From: a virus
Lineage: Duplodnaviria; Heunggongvirae; Uroviricota; Caudoviricetes
Strand: one strand, 5' to 3'
Length of the DNA stretch: 33,919 nucleotides
Virus record (IMG/VR): IMGVR_UViG_2579778797_000012
Positions 1-10,683 of the stretch are shown piece by piece. The notes beneath the pieces were generated by a model, which saw only the letters and a program-made list of their open reading frames with translations, made no database searches and was not told where the DNA came from. How positions within the stretch are numbered: the first letter of the stretch is position 1; each line of letters opens with the position of its first letter. Both the position numbers and the translations under genes were made by a program.

Positions 1-182
1 CGGGAGACTTTTTCGGAACGACTGCCGAAGTTCATCCGGCGGAGTTTATCCAGCTGCGCCTGCAGATGGTCTATTTCGCGCTCCCGGTTGCTCAGCTTTT
101 CCTGCAGGGCGTGGATCAGCGCTTCCTGTTCGGCCAGGCGCTGTTTCAGCAGGAAGATGTCGTCAGAAGAGATGTCGTTCAT
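1..182 (-). CDS. IS66-family transposase TnpC, N-terminal fragment (5' partial in window)
   Basis: Minus-strand ATG at 182-180 opens MNDISSDDIFLLKQRLAEQEALIHALQEKLSNREREIDHLQAQLDKLRRMNFG..., a recognisable IS66/ISEc8-type transposase N-terminus. The ORF runs off the window start. Confidence 0.75.
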   Translation of the reverse strand, partial: MNDISSDDIFLLKQRLAEQEALIHALQEKLSNREREIDHLQAQLDKLRRMNFGSRSEKVS

Positions 183-231
183 AAGCCCGTATTTTACCGG
201 GCTTATTCTGTGACAACCAGGATAAAGAGAT

Positions 232-579
232 TTACAGCATGGTCAGGGAGGTCAGCAGCCGCTTGGGCTGTCGCCAGTCGATACCTTCCAGCAGCATCGC
301 CAGCTGCGCCTGTGTAAGGAACACTTTGCCATCACGGGCTGACGGCCAGGCGAAGCGCCCACGCTCCAGCCGTTTGGTCAGGAGGCACAGTCCGTCACCG
401 GTGGACCACAGCAGTTTAACCTGACTGCCGCTGCGGCCCCGGAAGATAAAAACGTGACCTGACATCGGATCGTCTTTCAGCGCCGTCTGTACTTTCGCAG
501 CCAGGCCGTTGAAGCCATTTCTCATATCGGTGATACCGGCAACCAGCCAAATTTTGGTCCCGGAAGGTAACGGGATCAT
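232..579 (-). CDS. IS66-family accessory protein TnpB (Orf2)
   Basis: 115-aa ORF (MIPLPSGTKIWLVAGITDMRNGFNGLAAKVQ...) characteristic of IS66 Orf2. Its start overlaps the tnpA stop (576-579). Confidence 0.8.
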   Translation of the reverse strand: MIPLPSGTKIWLVAGITDMRNGFNGLAAKVQTALKDDPMSGHVFIFRGRSGSQVKLLWSTGDGLCLLTKRLERGRFAWPSARDGKVFLTQAQLAMLLEGIDWRQPKRLLTSLTML

Positions 580-977
580 CGCTTCAGTTCCTGTATCAGC
601 AGAGTCAGGAGCTTTTCGCTGACATTGCCATTGAAGCGGAGCGTCCCGTGCCGGAACGTTACCTCACAGCTGATACTGAGGGTTTTCGGGTCCTCTGCGA
701 GCGATTCTGGCTGTTCGGCAGCTGCATCGAGAGTCACAGGAAGTAGCTGGGGGCTCTCTGAAGAAGGTAATAGCAGCTTTCCCTCGCGCCATTGTTGTCG
801 CCATTTGAACAACAGATTGGCGTTAATGCCATTTTCAAGAGCAAGTTTTGAGATGGATATCCCGGGTTCACAGGAGGCAGCAACGAGCTGCTGTTTAAAT
901 TCGGGAGGATAATTAGGGCAGCCTTTTCGCCTGCCGGGAGTCACATTTTTCTGCATATCTGACACTTTGGTTCCCAC
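576..977 (-). CDS. IS66-family accessory protein TnpA (Orf1); true start may be an internal Met
   Basis: 133-aa ORF with a helix-turn-helix-like segment (ISKLALENGINANLLFKWRQQW), the first gene of the IS66 triad. Confidence 0.7.
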   Translation of the reverse strand: MGTKVSDMQKNVTPGRRKGCPNYPPEFKQQLVAASCEPGISISKLALENGINANLLFKWRQQWREGKLLLPSSESPQLLPVTLDAAAEQPESLAEDPKTLSISCEVTFRHGTLRFNGNVSEKLLTLLIQELKR

Positions 978-1044
978 TACTTATTTGGTGGACACCACTT
1001 TGTCTAATTCGTCAGATTCTGACCAGACGGTTCAGGCTGTACGC

Positions 1045-1452
1045 TTACACTGCTTCAGGAATTTTCCACGCATTTTTTGCCGGAACCACGGCATATTCAC
1101 TGAAACCACCGTCAGCGTGCACACCTAATACAGCCAGTGTCGTACAAACGTTCGGTTTACCTATAGAGCACGGATAGCAATGCCCACAGCTGACCACCGG
1201 ATCGACAGCAACACGTTCACCGACTCTGGCGCTTTCCACGCCTTCACCCACTGCATCAATGACGCCAAAGAATTCATGACCAATGACGCGCGGATATTTC
1301 GCAAAAGGATTATGCCCACGATAAATATGGCTATCTGAACCACAAATTCCGGCAAGTTTCACTTTTACTCGTACTTCACCCGCTGACGGGGTGGGTATTT
1401 CACGTTCGACAATCGCCAGTTGATTCGGTTTTTCAATTAATATGCTTTTCAT
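1045..1452 (-). pseudogene. rspB: rspB (starvation-sensing zinc-dependent dehydrogenase), 3'-truncated by the IS66-family element
   Basis: Translation MKSILIEKPNQLAIVEREIPTPSAGEVRVKVKLAGICGSDSHIYRGHNPF...KNAWKIPEAV matches the first ~135 residues of E. coli RspB (339 aa in K-12, from memory). The frame stops inside the IS terminus. Start taken at the internal Met (MKSIL). Confidence 0.8.
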
Positions 1453-1463
1453 TATCTTACTCC

Positions 1464-2677
1464 TTACCAGTTCCACAGCGTGCCATCTTCCAGACGTGCG
1501 ACTGGTAGATAAGCAGGTTCATAGGGATATTTCGCCGCCAGCTTTTCATCGAATTCGATACCAAGACCCGGTTTGTCTCCCGGATGCATATAGCCGTTAT
1601 CGAAAGTCCAGTTGTGCGGGAAGACTTCGAGCATTTGTTCGGAATAACCCATGTATTCCTGGACACCGAAATTGGGGACCCACAGATCAAAGTGCAGCGC
1701 CGCAGCCATGCAGACTGGTGACAAATCGGAAGGACCGTGTGAGCCAGTACGTACCTGATACAGCGAAGCAAAATCGGCAATCCGGCGCATACCGGTAATT
1801 CCGCCTGCATGGGTCAGCGTGGTGCGGATATAATCGATGAGTTGCTCTTCAATCAGTTGTTTGCAGTCCCAGATGCTGTTGAAGACTTCACCACTGCGAT
1901 GGGTGTGACGGTATGTTGGCGAATGAGACGGAAGCATTCCTGGTTTTCCGCAGGCGTCGGGTCTTCCATCCAGAACATGCGATAATCTTCAATGCTTTTA
2001 CCAAAGCGCGCCGCTTCAATAGGCGTTAAGCGATGGTGCAAGTCATGCAGCAGATGTTCATTAAAACCAAACTTGTTACGTACCGCGTCAAACAATTTCG
2101 GCATGAAATCGAGGTATTTCTCCGTCGACCACAGCTGCTCTTCCGGCCACTGTCCTTTGGTTGCGGGTTCATAAGCCAGACCTTTACCTTTCGACATGCC
2201 GTAGGTGGTTTTCATACCTGGGATTCCGCACTGCACGCGGATGGCTTTGAATCCCAGCTCCTGATGACGGGCATAATCATCCAGAGCTTCATCAATACTG
2301 TGACCGGTGGTATGGCAATAAACCATCACCCCTTCACGAGACGCGCCGCCGAGTAACTGGTAAAGCGGCATGTTGGCAGCTTTGGCTTTAATATCCCACA
2401 GCGCCATATCAACCGCTGAAATGGCCGACATCGTAACCGGACCGCGACGCCAGTAAGCACCTTTATAGAAAAACTGCCAGATATCTTCGATACGGTGCGC
2501 ATCGCGACCAATAAGCTGCGGACAAAGGTGATCCTGCAAATAAGAGGCCACGGAAAGCTCACGTCCATTGAGGGTGGCATCCCCAAGGCCCGTAATACCG
2601 TCCTCAGTGGTGATTTTTAATGTGACGAAATTACGCCCCGGACAGGTAACAAAAACTTCAGCCTTTACGATCTTCAT
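1464..2677 (-). pseudogene. rspA: rspA (mannonate/galactonate dehydratase-family enolase-superfamily protein) with an apparent 1-bp frameshift near 1890-1893
   Basis: Two overlapping minus-strand ORFs (1853..2710 and 1464..1937) together cover RspA ([30 protein letters not shown]... then ...[21 protein letters not shown]...[13 protein letters not shown]). The frame changes after ...TPIAV. The span is 1214 nt where 1215 is expected. Confidence 0.75.
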
Positions 2678-2882
2678 GTTCGATTCCTTGCATCGCTTGT
2701 CGTGATGCATGAAATCTACGCAACTGAGCCACTACCATACAAGTATGAAGATCGAAAAAAGCCGGAGTGATCACAAAAAAAGGCGTATATTTGCGCTGTG
2801 AATGGTTGACAAAAGATGAAATAGAATACCTTTTGTCAGCTGACACTTCCTCGTATCTTATTGATAAAATGGATTTATGTTC

Positions 2883-3209
2883 CTACGTGCGCCCCCAGCC
2901 CGCAACAATGATCAACATGCCGCAAAGCGCAATCAACGCACCCGTCCAGTCATAAAGAGTCAGTTTCACGCCATCCACAACGCGCAGCCACATCAACGCC
3001 GTGCAGACATAAACGCCACCATAAGCCGCGTAAACACGCCCACTCGCCGCAGGATGCAACGTTAACAACCAGACAAACAGCGCCAGTGAAATCCCCGCCG
3101 GAAGCAACAGCCAGATACTGGCGTTTCGTTTTAACCACAACCAGGGCAGAAAGCATCCAATAATTTCACACAGCGCAGTAGCAAAAAATAGTAACGTTGT
3201 TTTAATCAT
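2883..3209 (-). CDS. ynfA: YnfA, UPF0060-family inner-membrane protein
   Basis: [33 protein letters not shown]..., 108 aa from the internal Met. Hydrophobic four-helix pattern. Conserved K-12 neighbourhood (rspA-ynfA-ynfB-speG). Confidence 0.85.
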
Positions 3210-3343
3210 CTTTGTCACTTATTGACATCATGTATAGTTATAGGGCGACATAATATCATCAATATAAACACCCTCCTGGTACGTTTTGCGTTCGCAGTGG
3301 ATGGTGTAGAATCACCTTTAATCATTCATACAGGGAATGAATT

Positions 3344-3685
3344 ATGAAAATCACTCTCAGCAAACGAATCGGCCTGCTCGCTTTTCTGCTGCCTTGCGCA
3401 CTGGCATTGAGCACAACTGTTCATGCCGAAACTAACAAACTGGTGATTGAGTCTGGCGACAGTGCACAAAGCCGCCAGCACGCCGCTATGGAAAAAGAGC
3501 AATGGAATGACACGCGCAATCTGCGTCAGAAAGTGAATAAACGCACTGAAAAAGAGTGGGATAAAGCCGACGCCGCTTTTGATAACCGCGATAAATGTGA
3601 GCAAAGCGCCAACATCAATGCCTACTGGGAGCCCAATACTTTGCGCTGCCTGGACCGTCGAACTGGCCGCGTTATTACCCCCTAA
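3344..3685 (+). CDS. ynfB: YnfB, UPF0482-family secreted protein
   Basis: 113-aa ORF with signal peptide ([28 protein letters not shown]), matching K-12 YnfB. Confidence 0.85.
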
Positions 3686-3719
3686 CCTGTTATTGATTTA
3701 AGGAATGTAAGGACACGTT

Positions 3720-4280
3720 ATGCCAAGCGCCCACAGTGTTAAGCTACGCCCGCTGGAGCGTGAAGATTTACGCTATGTACATCAACTCGACAATAACGCC
3801 AGTGTGATGCGTTACTGGTTTGAGGAACCCTACGAAGCCTTTGTTGAACTCTCTGATCTGTATGATAAGCATATTCATGATCAGAGCGAACGGCGCTTTG
3901 TGGTGGAATGTGACGGCGAAAAAGCCGGTCTGGTGGAGCTGGTGGAAATTAACCATGTTCATCGCCGCGCAGAATTTCAGATAATTATCTCCCCGGAGTA
4001 TCAAGGGAAAGGTCTGGCAACCCGTGCCGCCAAATTAGCAATGGACTATGGCTTCACCGTTCTCAATCTCTATAAGCTGTATCTGATCGTTGATAAAGAG
4101 AATGAAAAAGCGATTCACATTTACCGCAAGCTTGGCTTTTCGGTTGAAGGTGAATTGATGCATGAGTTCTTTATTAATGGTCAATATCGTAATGCCATTC
4201 GCATGTGTATATTCCAGCATCAGTATCTGGCAGAGCACAAAACACCGGGTCAGACTCTCCTGAAGCCGACCGCACAATAG
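3720..4280 (+). CDS. speG: Spermidine N1-acetyltransferase SpeG (GNAT family)
   Basis: 186-aa ORF ([41 protein letters not shown]...) with a GNAT motif-A-like [18 protein letters not shown] segment. Confidence 0.9.
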   Translation: MPSAHSVKLRPLEREDLRYVHQLDNNASVMRYWFEEPYEAFVELSDLYDKHIHDQSERRFVVECDGEKAGLVELVEINHVHRRAEFQIIISPEYQGKGLATRAAKLAMDYGFTVLNLYKLYLIVDKENEKAIHIYRKLGFSVEGELMHEFFINGQYRNAIRMCIFQHQYLAEHKTPGQTLLKPTAQ

Positions 4281-4282
4281 CA

Positions 4283-4993
4283 TTAATAATAATCGATCGT
4301 ATTTTTGATGGTGTAAACCCGTTCGACGGCGGGTTTTACTCCTTCATCAACAATGATCAGCTGACAGTCCACCGGATTGGCGTGACTGTCATATTCACAG
4401 CTCTGTTTTACATTACCAACTCGTTGATTATTCAGTAAAGTAACCGCTGTGTAATCTAATTTTTTGATCGGGTCCGTTGATGGCGTGGCGCTGACAGATA
4501 ATGTTTTGTCGTTACTTTTCGTGGTTTTACCCAGTGGATAACCCTGATCATCATAGCGATATTCCATCTGCATTTGTTTGCTGCTGGCTTTAATCACGAA
4601 GCCATTATCATCGGTTTCCCAACTCACCCCGGCAGAAGGTAATTCTGCTAGCTGGCATTTTCCCTGTAAACGTACTCTCTTCTCCAGCGTCTCGGCATCA
4701 CGGTAATAATTGGCGTCCAGTACCAGAGCGACCACGGTATTATTTTCCAGATCCAGTAATTCGAGTGAATCAAAACAGCCTTCTTGCGACAAAGTCCCAG
4801 AAACACGTTTCGTCACTTCACCTTGCTCATCCATTAATGTCTGAGTGAAATCTTTTACCGGACCACGCAGCGGATCAAAATCGAATTCATTAGAGAAACT
4901 GGCCATCTCAGGGGTAAATGAAAGTGTTACCTCTGTGCGGTCACATCCTGTGAGGAATATCGCGAGTAAGCATGGTAGTAATTTGTATTTCAC
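4283..4993 (-). CDS. ynfC: YnfC, UPF0257-family lipoprotein
   Basis: Lipobox LTGC after a signal peptide (KYKLLPCLLAIFLTGCDRTEV). Start assigned to the GTG giving a 236-aa product as in K-12. The ATG 36 nt upstream is an alternative. Confidence 0.8.
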   Translation of the reverse strand: MKYKLLPCLLAIFLTGCDRTEVTLSFTPEMASFSNEFDFDPLRGPVKDFTQTLMDEQGEVTKRVSGTLSQEGCFDSLELLDLENNTVVALVLDANYYRDAETLEKRVRLQGKCQLAELPSAGVSWETDDNGFVIKASSKQMQMEYRYDDQGYPLGKTTKSNDKTLSVSATPSTDPIKKLDYTAVTLLNNQRVGNVKQSCEYDSHANPVDCQLIIVDEGVKPAVERVYTIKNTIDYY

Positions 4994-5100
4994 AACAGTC
5001 ACCAGAGAGTAGAGATGATTCTCAATCATAGTAGCAAATACAGTACTTTACACGTTAAATGCTATGCTTAAAGAAGTTATCTTCGCGTAAGGAGCTTATG

Positions 5101-5406
5101 ATGAAACTCTCAACCTGCTGTGCCGCGCTTCTGCTCGCCCTCGCCTCACCCGCAGTACTCGCCGCGCCGGGATCCTGTGAGCGCATACAGAGCGATATAT
5201 CACAGCGCATTATCAATAATGGCGTACCCGAAAGCAGCTTCACATTAAGTATTGTACCCAATGACCAGGTTGATCAGCCTGATTCCCAGGTCGTCGGGCA
5301 TTGTGCTAATGATACGCATAAAATTCTCTACACCCGCACCACCAGCGGTAACGTCTCTGCTCCCGCGCAGTCTACCCAGGATGGCGCGCCTGCCGAACCG
5401 CAGTAA
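5101..5406 (+). CDS. ynfD: YnfD, DUF1161-family secreted protein
   Basis: MKLSTCCAALLLALASPAVLAAPGSCERIQ..., 101 aa. AGGAG ribosome-binding site at 5089-5093. Confidence 0.8.
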   Translation: MKLSTCCAALLLALASPAVLAAPGSCERIQSDISQRIINNGVPESSFTLSIVPNDQVDQPDSQVVGHCANDTHKILYTRTTSGNVSAPAQSTQDGAPAEPQ

Positions 5407-5604
5407 TACATTATCGACTGAACGCCGGATACGACACATCCGGCGATTTGAACATACAACATAATCCCACCTTATTACTCATACCCTTCTATTGATATGG
5501 ATTAATAATTCTTAACCCAAAATGGGTAGACTCCCTCTATTGTTAGCGCGCTAAATATTCAATATATAAACTTTTATATAACGATAAAGAACAGGGAGTG
5601 AGTT

Positions 5605-8031
5605 ATGTCCAAAAATGAACGAATGGTGGGCATCAGCCGCAGAACACTCGTTAAATCTACCGCGATAGGTTCTCTGGCGCTGGCTGCAGGCGGTTTTTCT
5701 TTGCCGTTTACCCTGCGCAGTGCAGCAGCAGCGGTACAACAGGCCCGCGAAAAAGTGGTCTGGGGTGCCTGTTCCGTCAACTGTGGTAGCCGCTGTGCAC
5801 TTCGTCTACATGTTAAAGATAATGAAGTGACCTGGGTGGAAACTGACAATACCGGCAGCGATGAGTACGGCAACCATCAGGTACGCGCCTGTTTGCGCGG
5901 TCGCTCCATCCGCCGGCGTATTAATCATCCCGATCGCTTGAATTACCCAATGAAACGCGTGGGTAAACGCGGTGAAGGCAAATTCGAACGGATTAGCTGG
6001 GATGAAGCCCTGGATACTATCGCCAGTAGCCTGAAAAAAACCGTCGAACAATATGGCAATGAGGCTGTATATATTCAGTACTCTTCGGGGATTGTTGGCG
6101 GCAATATGACCCGCTCTTCGCCATCAGCCTCGGCGGTCAAACGCCTGATGAACTGCTACGGCGGTTCACTCAATCAGTATGGCTCCTACAGCACCGCGCA
6201 AATTTCCTGTGCCATGCCCTACACCTACGGCAGTAATGATGGCAACAGCACCACGGATATTGAAAACAGCAAGCTGGTCGTGATGTTTGGTAACAACCCG
6301 GCAGAAACCCGCATGAGCGGCGGTGGCATCACTTATCTTCTTGAAAAAGCGCGCGAGAAATCGAACGCCAAAATGATTGTTATCGATCCGCGATATACCG
6401 ATACGGCTGCTGGTCGTGAAGATGAATGGCTTCCTATTCGCCCGGGCACCGATGCCGCGCTGGTTGCGGGGATTGCCTGGGTATTGATTAACGAAAATCT
6501 CGTTGATCAACCTTTTCTCGATAAATACTGCGTCGGCTATGACGAAAAAACCTTACCCGCAGATGCACCCAAAAATGGTCACTATAAAGCCTATATTCTT
6601 GGTGAAGGTGACGATAAAACAGCGAAAACGCCGCAGTGGGCTTCGCAAATTACCGGTATCCCGGAGGACCGTATCATCAAACTGGCGCGTGAAATTGGCA
6701 CAGCAAAACCCGCTTATATCTGCCAGGGCTGGGGGCCACAACGCCAGGCAAACGGCGAACTGACTGCACGCGCTATTGCTATGTTACCTATTTTGACGGG
6801 CAATGTCGGCATCAGCGGCGGAAATAGTGGCGCGCGTGAATCGACCTATACCATTACCATAGAACGCCTGCCGGTGCTGGATAATCCGGTCAAAACGTCA
6901 ATCTCCTGCTTCAGCTGGACAGATGCTATCGATCATGGTCCGCAAATGACGGCAATCCGCGACGGCGTCCGCGGCAAAGATAAACTGGATGTGCCCATTA
7001 AGTTCATCTGGAACTACGCGGGAAATACCCTCGTTAATCAGCATTCTGACATCAACAAAACGCATGAAATTCTGCAGGACGAATCGAAATGCGAAATGAT
7101 TGTGGTCATCGAAAACTTTATGACCTCATCGGCAAAATATGCCGACATTCTGCTGCCAGACCTGATGACCGTTGAGCAGGAAGATATTATTCCTAACGAC
7201 TACGCCGGTAACATGGGATATCTCATTTTCCTCCAGCCTGTCACCAGCGAAAAATTCGAACGCAAACCGATTTACTGGATCCTGAGTGAAGTCGCGAAAC
7301 GTCTTGGACCTGACGTCTATCAAAAGTTCACAGAAGGTCGCACGCAGGAACAATGGTTACAACATCTGTACGCCAAAATGCTTGCCAAAGATCCGGCGTT
7401 ACCGTCTTACGACGAACTGAAAAAAATGGGTATCTATAAGCGTAAAGATCCCAATGGCCATTTTGTCGCCTACAAAGCATTTCGTGACGACCCCGAGGCA
7501 AATCCACTTAAAACGCCTTCCGGTAAGATTGAAATTTATTCCAGCAGGCTGGCGGAAATTGCCCGTACCTGGGAACTGGAAAAAGATGAAGTGATAAGCC
7601 CATTGCCAGTTTATGCCTCAACCTTTGAAGGCTGGAACTCCCCTGAACGTAGAACCTTCCCACTGCAACTGTTTGGTTTCCATTACAAATCCCGTACTCA
7701 CTCGACCTACGGCAATATTGATCTCCTGAAGGCTGCCTGCCGTCAGGAGGTGTGGATCAACCCTATAGATGCGCAGAAACGTGGGATTGCCAACGGCGAT
7801 ATGGTGCGGGTGTTTAACCATCGTGGCGAAGTTCGGCTACCAGCCAAAGTAACACCACGTATTCTCCCTGGAGTTAGCGCTATGGGCCAGGGAGCCTGGC
7901 ACGAGGCCAATATGTCTGGCGATAAAATCGACCATGGCGGCTGTGTGAATACGCTAACCACTCTGCGCCCTTCACCACTGGCGAAGGGAAACCCGCAGCA
8001 CACTAATCTGGTCGAGATCGAAAAAATATAA
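5605..8031 (+). CDS. ynfE: YnfE, Tat-exported DMSO-reductase-family molybdoenzyme catalytic subunit (putative selenate reductase)
   Basis: 808-aa ORF with a twin-arginine signal (SRRTLVKSTAIGSLALAAG), a Cys-rich N-terminal cluster (CSVNCGSRC) and full-length similarity to DmsA-type subunits. Confidence 0.9.
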   Translation: MSKNERMVGISRRTLVKSTAIGSLALAAGGFSLPFTLRSAAAAVQQAREKVVWGACSVNCGSRCALRLHVKDNEVTWVETDNTGSDEYGNHQVRACLRGRSIRRRINHPDRLNYPMKRVGKRGEGKFERISWDEALDTIASSLKKTVEQYGNEAVYIQYSSGIVGGNMTRSSPSASAVKRLMNCYGGSLNQYGSYSTAQISCAMPYTYGSNDGNSTTDIENSKLVVMFGNNPAETRMSGGGITYLLEKAREKSNAKMIVIDPRYTDTAAGREDEWLPIRPGTDAALVAGIAWVLINENLVDQPFLDKYCVGYDEKTLPADAPKNGHYKAYILGEGDDKTAKTPQWASQITGIPEDRIIKLAREIGTAKPAYICQGWGPQRQANGELTARAIAMLPILTGNVGISGGNSGARESTYTITIERLPVLDNPVKTSISCFSWTDAIDHGPQMTAIRDGVRGKDKLDVPIKFIWNYAGNTLVNQHSDINKTHEILQDESKCEMIVVIENFMTSSAKYADILLPDLMTVEQEDIIPNDYAGNMGYLIFLQPVTSEKFERKPIYWILSEVAKRLGPDVYQKFTEGRTQEQWLQHLYAKMLAKDPALPSYDELKKMGIYKRKDPNGHFVAYKAFRDDPEANPLKTPSGKIEIYSSRLAEIARTWELEKDEVISPLPVYASTFEGWNSPERRTFPLQLFGFHYKSRTHSTYGNIDLLKAACRQEVWINPIDAQKRGIANGDMVRVFNHRGEVRLPAKVTPRILPGVSAMGQGAWHEANMSGDKIDHGGCVNTLTTLRPSPLAKGNPQHTNLVEIEKI

Positions 8032-8091
8032 CCCACGACAACCATAAATTCTGGCATGACATTTTGTTTGAAAAGCAATAAGTGAGTAATG

Positions 8092-10515
8092 ATGAAAATC
8101 CATACCACAGAGGCGCTCATGAAGGCTGAAATCAGCCGTAGAAGTCTGATGAAAACCTCCGCACTTGGCAGTCTTGCGCTGGCAAGCAGTGCTTTCACTC
8201 TGCCATTTTCCCAAATGGTCCGGGCGGCAGAGGCTCCGGTAGAAGAGAAAGCGGTCTGGAGTTCCTGCACCGTTAACTGCGGGAGCCGCTGTCTGTTACG
8301 TTTGCATGTGAAAGATGACACCGTGTACTGGGTGGAGTCTGATACGACAGGTGACGACGTCTACGGTAATCATCAGGTTCGAGCGTGTTTACGCGGGCGC
8401 TCTATCCGCCGACGGATGAATCATCCTGATAGGTTGAAATATCCCATGAAGCGCGTCGGCAAGCGCGGTGAAGGTAAATTTGAACGGATAAGTTGGGACG
8501 AAGCCCTGGATACCATCAGTGATAATCTTCGGCGGATCCTGAAAGATTACGGCAATGAGGCTGTACATGTCCTGTACGGAACAGGCGTAGATGGCGGAAA
8601 CATCACCAACTCAAACGTCCCGTACCGTCTGATGAACTCTTGCGGTGGTTTTCTCAGTCGCTATGGCAGCTACAGTACCGCACAGATCAGTGCCGCAATG
8701 AGTTATATGTTCGGTGCCAATGATGGCAACAGCCCGGATGATATCGCCAATACGAAACTGGTCGTTATGTTCGGAAATAACCCGGCAGAAACGCGGATGA
8801 GCGGCGGTGGTGTCACTTACTACGTCGAGCAAGCCCGCGAACGTTCAAACGCACGCATGATCGTCATCGATCCACGTTATAACGACACTGCTGCCGGGCG
8901 TGAAGATGAATGGCTGCCCATTCGCCCTGGCACCGATGGCGCACTGGCCTGTGCGATTGCCTGGGTACTGATTACTGAAAACATGGTCGATCAGCCATTT
9001 CTCGACAAATATTGTGTTGGTTACGATGAAAAAACGCTGCCCGCCAACGCACCACGTAACGCGCATTATAAAGCCTATATTCTGGGCGAAGGGCCTGACG
9101 GCATAGCTAAAACGCCGGAATGGGCAGCAAAAATCACCAGCATCCCGGCAGAAAAAATTATCCAGTTGGCACGAGAGATCGGTTCAGCAAAACCTGCTTA
9201 TATTTGTCAGGGTTGGGGGCCACAACGACATTCCAACGGCGAGCAAACATCCCGCGCTATTGCCATGCTTTCCGTTCTCACCGGCAACGTCGGCATAAAC
9301 GGCGGCAACTCAGGCGTACGCGAAGGTAGCTGGGATCTGGGGGTAGAATGGTTCCCGATGCTCGAGAATCCTGTTAAAACGCAGATTTCCGTCTTTACAT
9401 GGACAGATGCCATCGACCATGGTACGGAAATGACCGCGACCCGTGATGGTGTTCGTGGAAAAGAAAAACTGGATGTCCCCATCAAGTTTTTATGGTGCTA
9501 CGCCAGTAACACATTGATCAATCAACATGGCGACATCAATCACACCCATGAGGTGCTTCAGGATGACAGCAAGTGCGAGATGATTGTTGGCATTGACCAC
9601 TTCATGACGGCCTCGGCTAAGTATTGCGATATCCTGTTGCCCGACCTGATGCCAACAGAGCAAGAAGACCTTATCTCTCATGAATCTGCAGGGAATATGG
9701 GCTATGTGATCCTCGCCCAACCCGCAACCTCAGCAAAATTTGAACGCAAACCCATCTACTGGATGCTGAGTGAAGTCGCCAAACGCTTAGGACCAGACGT
9801 TTATCAAACCTTTACTGAAGGTCGCAGTCAGCATGAATGGATCAAATATCTCCATGCGAAAACGAAGGAACGTAACCCTGAGATGCCCGACTACGAGGAG
9901 ATGAAAACGACCGGGATCTTTAAGAAAAAATGCCCGGAAGAACACTACGTCGCTTTCCGCGCATTCCGTGAAGATCCACAGGCAAACCCGTTGAAAACAC
10001 CTTCGGGGAAAATCGAAATTTATTCTGAACGACTGGCGAAGATTGCAGATACCTGGGAATTGAAAAAAGATGAAATTATTCATCCCCTTCCTGCGTATAC
10101 CCCAGGTTTTGATGGCTGGGACGATCCCCTGCGGAAAACCTATCCACTGCAGTTAACGGGCTTCCATTACAAAGCGCGTACCCACTCCAGCTACGGCAAT
10201 ATTGATGTGTTACAGCAGGCCTGCCCACAAGAGGTGTGGATCAACCCCATTGATGCTCAGGCACGCGGTATCCGTCATGGCGATACCGTGCGGGTATTTA
10301 ACAATAATGGAGAAATGCTGATTGCCGCAAAAGTGACTCCGCGTATTCTGCCTGGCGTTACCGCCATCGGGCAAGGTGCGTGGCTTAAAGCGGATATGTT
10401 TGGTGACCGGGTCGATCACGGCGGCAGTATCAATATTCTGACCTCTCACCGCCCTTCACCGCTGGCAAAGGGAAACCCGTCGCACAGCAATCTTGTCCAG
10501 ATCGAAAAGGTTTAA
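8092..10515 (+). CDS. ynfF: YnfF, Tat-exported DMSO-reductase-family molybdoenzyme catalytic subunit (paralog of ynfE)
   Basis: 807 aa from the second Met. Twin-arginine signal (SRRSLMKTSALGSLALA), CTVNCGSRC cluster, collinear with YnfE throughout. Confidence 0.9.
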   Translation: MKIHTTEALMKAEISRRSLMKTSALGSLALASSAFTLPFSQMVRAAEAPVEEKAVWSSCTVNCGSRCLLRLHVKDDTVYWVESDTTGDDVYGNHQVRACLRGRSIRRRMNHPDRLKYPMKRVGKRGEGKFERISWDEALDTISDNLRRILKDYGNEAVHVLYGTGVDGGNITNSNVPYRLMNSCGGFLSRYGSYSTAQISAAMSYMFGANDGNSPDDIANTKLVVMFGNNPAETRMSGGGVTYYVEQARERSNARMIVIDPRYNDTAAGREDEWLPIRPGTDGALACAIAWVLITENMVDQPFLDKYCVGYDEKTLPANAPRNAHYKAYILGEGPDGIAKTPEWAAKITSIPAEKIIQLAREIGSAKPAYICQGWGPQRHSNGEQTSRAIAMLSVLTGNVGINGGNSGVREGSWDLGVEWFPMLENPVKTQISVFTWTDAIDHGTEMTATRDGVRGKEKLDVPIKFLWCYASNTLINQHGDINHTHEVLQDDSKCEMIVGIDHFMTASAKYCDILLPDLMPTEQEDLISHESAGNMGYVILAQPATSAKFERKPIYWMLSEVAKRLGPDVYQTFTEGRSQHEWIKYLHAKTKERNPEMPDYEEMKTTGIFKKKCPEEHYVAFRAFREDPQANPLKTPSGKIEIYSERLAKIADTWELKKDEIIHPLPAYTPGFDGWDDPLRKTYPLQLTGFHYKARTHSSYGNIDVLQQACPQEVWINPIDAQARGIRHGDTVRVFNNNGEMLIAAKVTPRILPGVTAIGQGAWLKADMFGDRVDHGGSINILTSHRPSPLAKGNPSHSNLVQIEKV

Positions 10516-10525
10516 GGAGTAGCCC

Positions 10526-10639
10526 ATGACCACACAATATGGATTTTTTATCGATTCCAGCCGCTGTACTGGCTGTAAAACCTGCGAACTGGCGTGCAAA
10601 GATTTTAAAGTTGGTTACGTATCGTTTAAAATCAATTAG
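10526..10639 (+). pseudogene. ynfG: ynfG (4Fe-4S ferredoxin-type subunit), 5' fragment only; similarity ends about 10609
   Basis: MTTQYGFFIDSSRCTGCKTCELACKDFK matches the YnfG/DmsB N-terminus. The frame then reads VGYVSFKIN-stop instead of the expected DLGPEVSFRRIYEY..., and no remainder of ynfG is present downstream in the window. Confidence 0.85.
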
Positions 10640-10683
10640 ATAGCCCGTCATTTCTGCGCTCACACGTCCCAACATTGAAAAAC

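Larger units (their letters stand above)
1..1049 (-). mobile_element. IS66-family insertion sequence, partial (continues beyond window start); terminus at about 1042-1049
   Basis: Three co-oriented minus-strand ORFs in the IS66 order tnpA-tnpB-tnpC, with tnpA/tnpB overlapping in an ATGA junction. The minus-strand terminal sequence GTAAGCGTACAGCCTGAACC (complement of 1031-1048) is typical of IS66-family ends. The rspB reading frame is cut exactly here. Confidence 0.8.

Noticed and set aside
66-317. Plus-strand 83-aa ORF at the window start
   Set aside because: It lies antisense to the clearly recognisable IS66 tnpC and tnpB reading frames and has no ribosome-binding site or family resemblance. 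Treated as a shadow ORF.
5605-10515. Long internal sequence similarity between 5605-8031 and 8092-10515
   Set aside because: This is the known ynfE/ynfF paralogous gene pair, not a repeat element or assembly duplication. The two genes differ throughout at the protein level.
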